DNA of 64,000 nucleotides from Veleropilina oligotropha (lineage: Eukaryota). Shown here in pieces: positions 61,095 to 64,000 of this stretch. The translations under genes were made by a program, and so were the position numbers. A model generated the notes under the pieces. That model worked only from the letters and a program-made list of their open reading frames with translations. It was not told the origin of the DNA and ran no database searches. The stretch is taken from NCBI GenBank assembly GCA_048128005.1, contig JBEUKZ010000107.1, forward strand, positions 496,001 through 560,000, written 5' to 3'. Numbering within the stretch: position 1 is the stretch's first letter; each line of letters opens with the position of its first letter.

Positions 61095-61178
61095 TGTATG
61101 TGCTGTGGCGGTACCCTGGTCTGCTACCGGCATTTACCACCTTTGCTCCGGTGTTACAGAAAATGTTGGGAGGAGCAG
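61095..61178 (+). CDS. EIF2D: EIF2D exon 3 (VYVLWRYPGLLPAFTTFAPVLQKMLGGA)
   Basis: tacAG/GTGAG boundaries; conserved motif. Confidence 0.9.
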
Positions 61179-61429
61179 GTGAGGGTAAACGTTGTTGCTG
61201 GTGTCTTGGTAATCTTGTTATAAGCACAGTAGTGTCTTTGAAGATGGCACTCTGGGTGCTCTTCTACGTAATACTGTGGGACTTTTAGGATCATATTTGG
61301 GAGATACGCCTCAAAATTCTCCTCCAAACATTTGCGAAAAGTGCACAGGAGTGTACCACAGATGCATATACTTAATAAGGATATTTGCATAATTGTATCC
61401 ACCGAAATGAAAGTGTCCGTTATGACGCC

Positions 61430-61845
61430 GCTTCCGCCGAGAGACTCCTCGTGATCGCTCGAGACAGGCAATTTCATAACGGAATGTTTTCAAGTTTGGT
61501 ATGTGCATTGGTTGGGGCAAGGACACGACAACTATCGATTTTGGGTGTGGTCCGATCTCCAAGATGGCCGCTGTGGCCTCCATCTTGGATTTTAAAGCAT
61601 AATTCCTTGTGATCGCTCTAGACAGGCCATTTCGGAACGGAATGTTTTCAAATTTGGTGTGTGCATTGTTTGGGACGAGGCCACGACACATAGAATTTTA
61701 GGAGTGGTCCGACCTCCAAGATGGTCGCCACGGCCACCATAATTGCTTGTGATCGCTGTAGACAGGTCATTTCTTAACAGAATGTTTTCAAATTTGGTAT
61801 GTGGTGTGGTCCGACTTCCAAGATGCTCGCCGCCGAGAGATTCAT
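61430..61845. repeat. Short diverged tandem-unit repeat (gtgatcgct..agacagg...ccaagatggccgc)
   Basis: Three ~130-160-bp units in EIF2D intron 3. Confidence 0.55.
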
Positions 61846-61942
61846 GTTTAAATCGGATTAAATGTTATTAAATAAAACATTAAATATTATTTAACACTAT
61901 AATTCAAACAAATAAAGGCTTTTGTGGATGATATTGTTTCAG

Positions 61943-62045
61943 ATCTGATGTTGCCCGGTGTCGTCATTAAAGGAGATTGCAGCCCCACCATGTTCGGAAA
62001 CCTACAAAAAGGCGACATTTGTGCCATTAACCTGGTAGGAAATAG
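61943..62045 (+). CDS. EIF2D: EIF2D exon 4 (DLMLPGV...KGDICAINLVGN), PUA domain; no further exon seen in the window
   Basis: ttcAG/GTATC boundaries; GGADLMLPG PUA motif formed across the exon junction. Confidence 0.9.
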
Positions 62046-62574
62046 GTATCTGAATGGAATTTTCTCATTAATCTCAGTATTAATTATTGTTTTCAACAAT
62101 TATCTGTTTATAATGCTGGAATTTAAGAACGAAACGGATGAATAATTTAGACAGAAGCACTAGAGATCTCAATTTTGTTCGATTATAATTGCATGGTTGT
62201 ATCTGCTATTTTAGAAATTCAGGGAAGGTAATCGAGGAATATTATGGTTATGAATCATTCTTCAATAATATAATATTTAACATTAAAATTTTAATGTTGA
62301 CACATACTTTAGATAAACAATTTAAAGTTTGTTTGTGCTGATTGTGCATTATGTAACTTTAAAAATTATAGCACAAAAATAATGATTTCTATGATTGTGT
62401 CCAAACCTCAAATTGTTGAATTTTAATAAGTAGCAGTAAGTAAAATTATTTTGTAAACAAATTTTATGATTTGACTAATAAATAGCATAAATTTGATTTA
62501 TAACAAGCTAAGCTGCGAATCCAGACATTAATGCCCTTTAATATATTTGCAAGCATAATGATTATATAATGTTA

Positions 62575-63050
62575 TTTATGTATTAGTTGCAAATATACTC
62601 GACGTCATTACCTATGCCATAATAGCCCTATCCGGAAACTGTGAAAAAGCTTTTCACTTTCATAAATGAATACACGCTTACCTCCCCTGCTCACCTTCAA
62701 CGTTCCTCTCACGAGACCTGCCCAAGTCTCGCGAGATCTCCGAGGCCGAGCATGCCAATTTTAAGTCTTCCGAAAATCCGTACAGATGTGCTTGTTTTCT
62801 GTCCTTCAGACGACTTATTTAAACACATATAGTGGACGATAAAGTCTATCTTTTCGCACTAGACAGTGCAGGATTATATATATATAATCGGTGTTTAGCC
62901 ATTCTGTGTTTTGGAAGTACTGCGTGACCGTTGTGATAAAATTGCGGACCACGAGACTTCACTCCGTTGACGCCGCCATATTGGATATTAAGTGATCTAA
63001 AGAGGCTGCTCAGGAGGGAAAAGTTCTTTAAGCAGGAGAGCTTCGTGTTT
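62575..63050 (+). mobile_element. 5' relic (terminal extension, left ITR, part of 5'UTR) of a related DIRS element
   Basis: tagttgcaaatatact..acgtcattac..tgccataatag..ccggaaac..acctcccctgctc..ccaagtctcgcgaga is colinear with the A/B/C ITR. Confidence 0.65.
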
Positions 63051-63117
63051 ACACAAACCTTTCAGAGGAAGAAGTCTTTTTGTGTAATATTAATTGATTG
63101 CTGTTTTAATTCATATA

Positions 63118-63280
63118 CAGTGGATTCCACTTAATTGCATAACGCTTAATTGCATATTTCGGATATTTGCATAAAATCTGCAGGAACAGAATAGTTTACT
63201 ATTATTATCATATGCAAATAATCGCTTAATTGCATGCATAATTACCGGATTTTCGCTTATTTGCATAAGAAATTTTTGAC
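63118..63280. mobile_element. Probable left end of a Tc1/mariner (pogo/Tigger-like) non-autonomous element
   Basis: TA|CAGTGGATTCCACTTAATTGCAT start with repeated CTTAATTGCAT motifs; other end not seen. Confidence 0.4.
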
Positions 63281-64000
63281 TGCACAATACATAATTGATA
63301 TTAACATCGTTAAATTGATCAAAATACTTGCGTATTTGCTGGTATGTCTTGCTACGCCATCGTAAAGATGTTTATTCAACAGTAACATTCGAAGTTTAAC
63401 CATTTTTTCAACCTCGTGGGTTTCAAAATAATTTTTACTTCCGTAAAAAGTCGGAACTGAAAGTTCGATAAACATCGTTTCAGTGTATAAATGTTACGGA
63501 AATGAACGATGTCAATCGGGGATATTATGGGATGGCACACATCGATCGATAATCGGATTAAAATCTATTGTCAAAGTCCAAATGACAGACTTTTGGGTTT
63601 ATCTGAAAGCAAAATCAAACATTAGGCTTACGAATCAATGTATAAGGTGCCGTTACATGTATTCATTTGAACATCACTTAGTTCGCCGATAAATAACAAT
63701 TATAAGACAACAACACTACGTTTCTTTTGTAACAAAATTAAAAATTATCTCCCATGATTTGGTTTCGTAGCATCGCCGTTGAGAACTACGGTGATTTAAT
63801 TATTATTTTAATTTATATATGAAGACAACGTCTTATAAGTTTTTTTATATCATATCATAATATACTGGACTAATTAAATATCGCTAGAAATAATTATTCA
63901 ATAATTGTAAAAACAAATCGATTCGAGATTAAAACATAGGTCTAAATTTTCAACATGGCGGCCGATAACGCGACACGTGTTCAGCAGAAGAGAAACATTC

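Overview
AT-rich animal genomic DNA; the repeat landscape suggests a lophotrochozoan such as a mollusc, but the species cannot be determined. Two spliced genes lie head-to-head with start codons about 405 bp apart. On the minus strand are the first 18 coding exons of SPEF2 (ATG at 57467; the gene runs off the left edge). On the plus strand are the first 4 coding exons of EIF2D/ligatin (ATG at 57873; the gene apparently continues past the right edge). The 34.5-kb SPEF2 intron 4 (15025-49475) holds three full-length DIRS1-type tyrosine-recombinase retrotransposons of one family: A 16922-24893, B 28689-36147 (apparently intact) and C 41395-48767 (decayed). All three are co-oriented with the host gene, and each sits at an AT core inside the satellite or microsatellite body of a Helentron-associated (HINE-like) non-autonomous element. 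A 5' relic of a related DIRS lies in EIF2D intron 4. Other introns contain minisatellites (one amplifies a real splice donor, one grew inside a SINE tRNA head), tRNA-derived SINEs, an L2/CR1 LINE 3' fragment and several MITE/foldback elements. Gene and family assignments come from recognising translated motifs, not from database searches.
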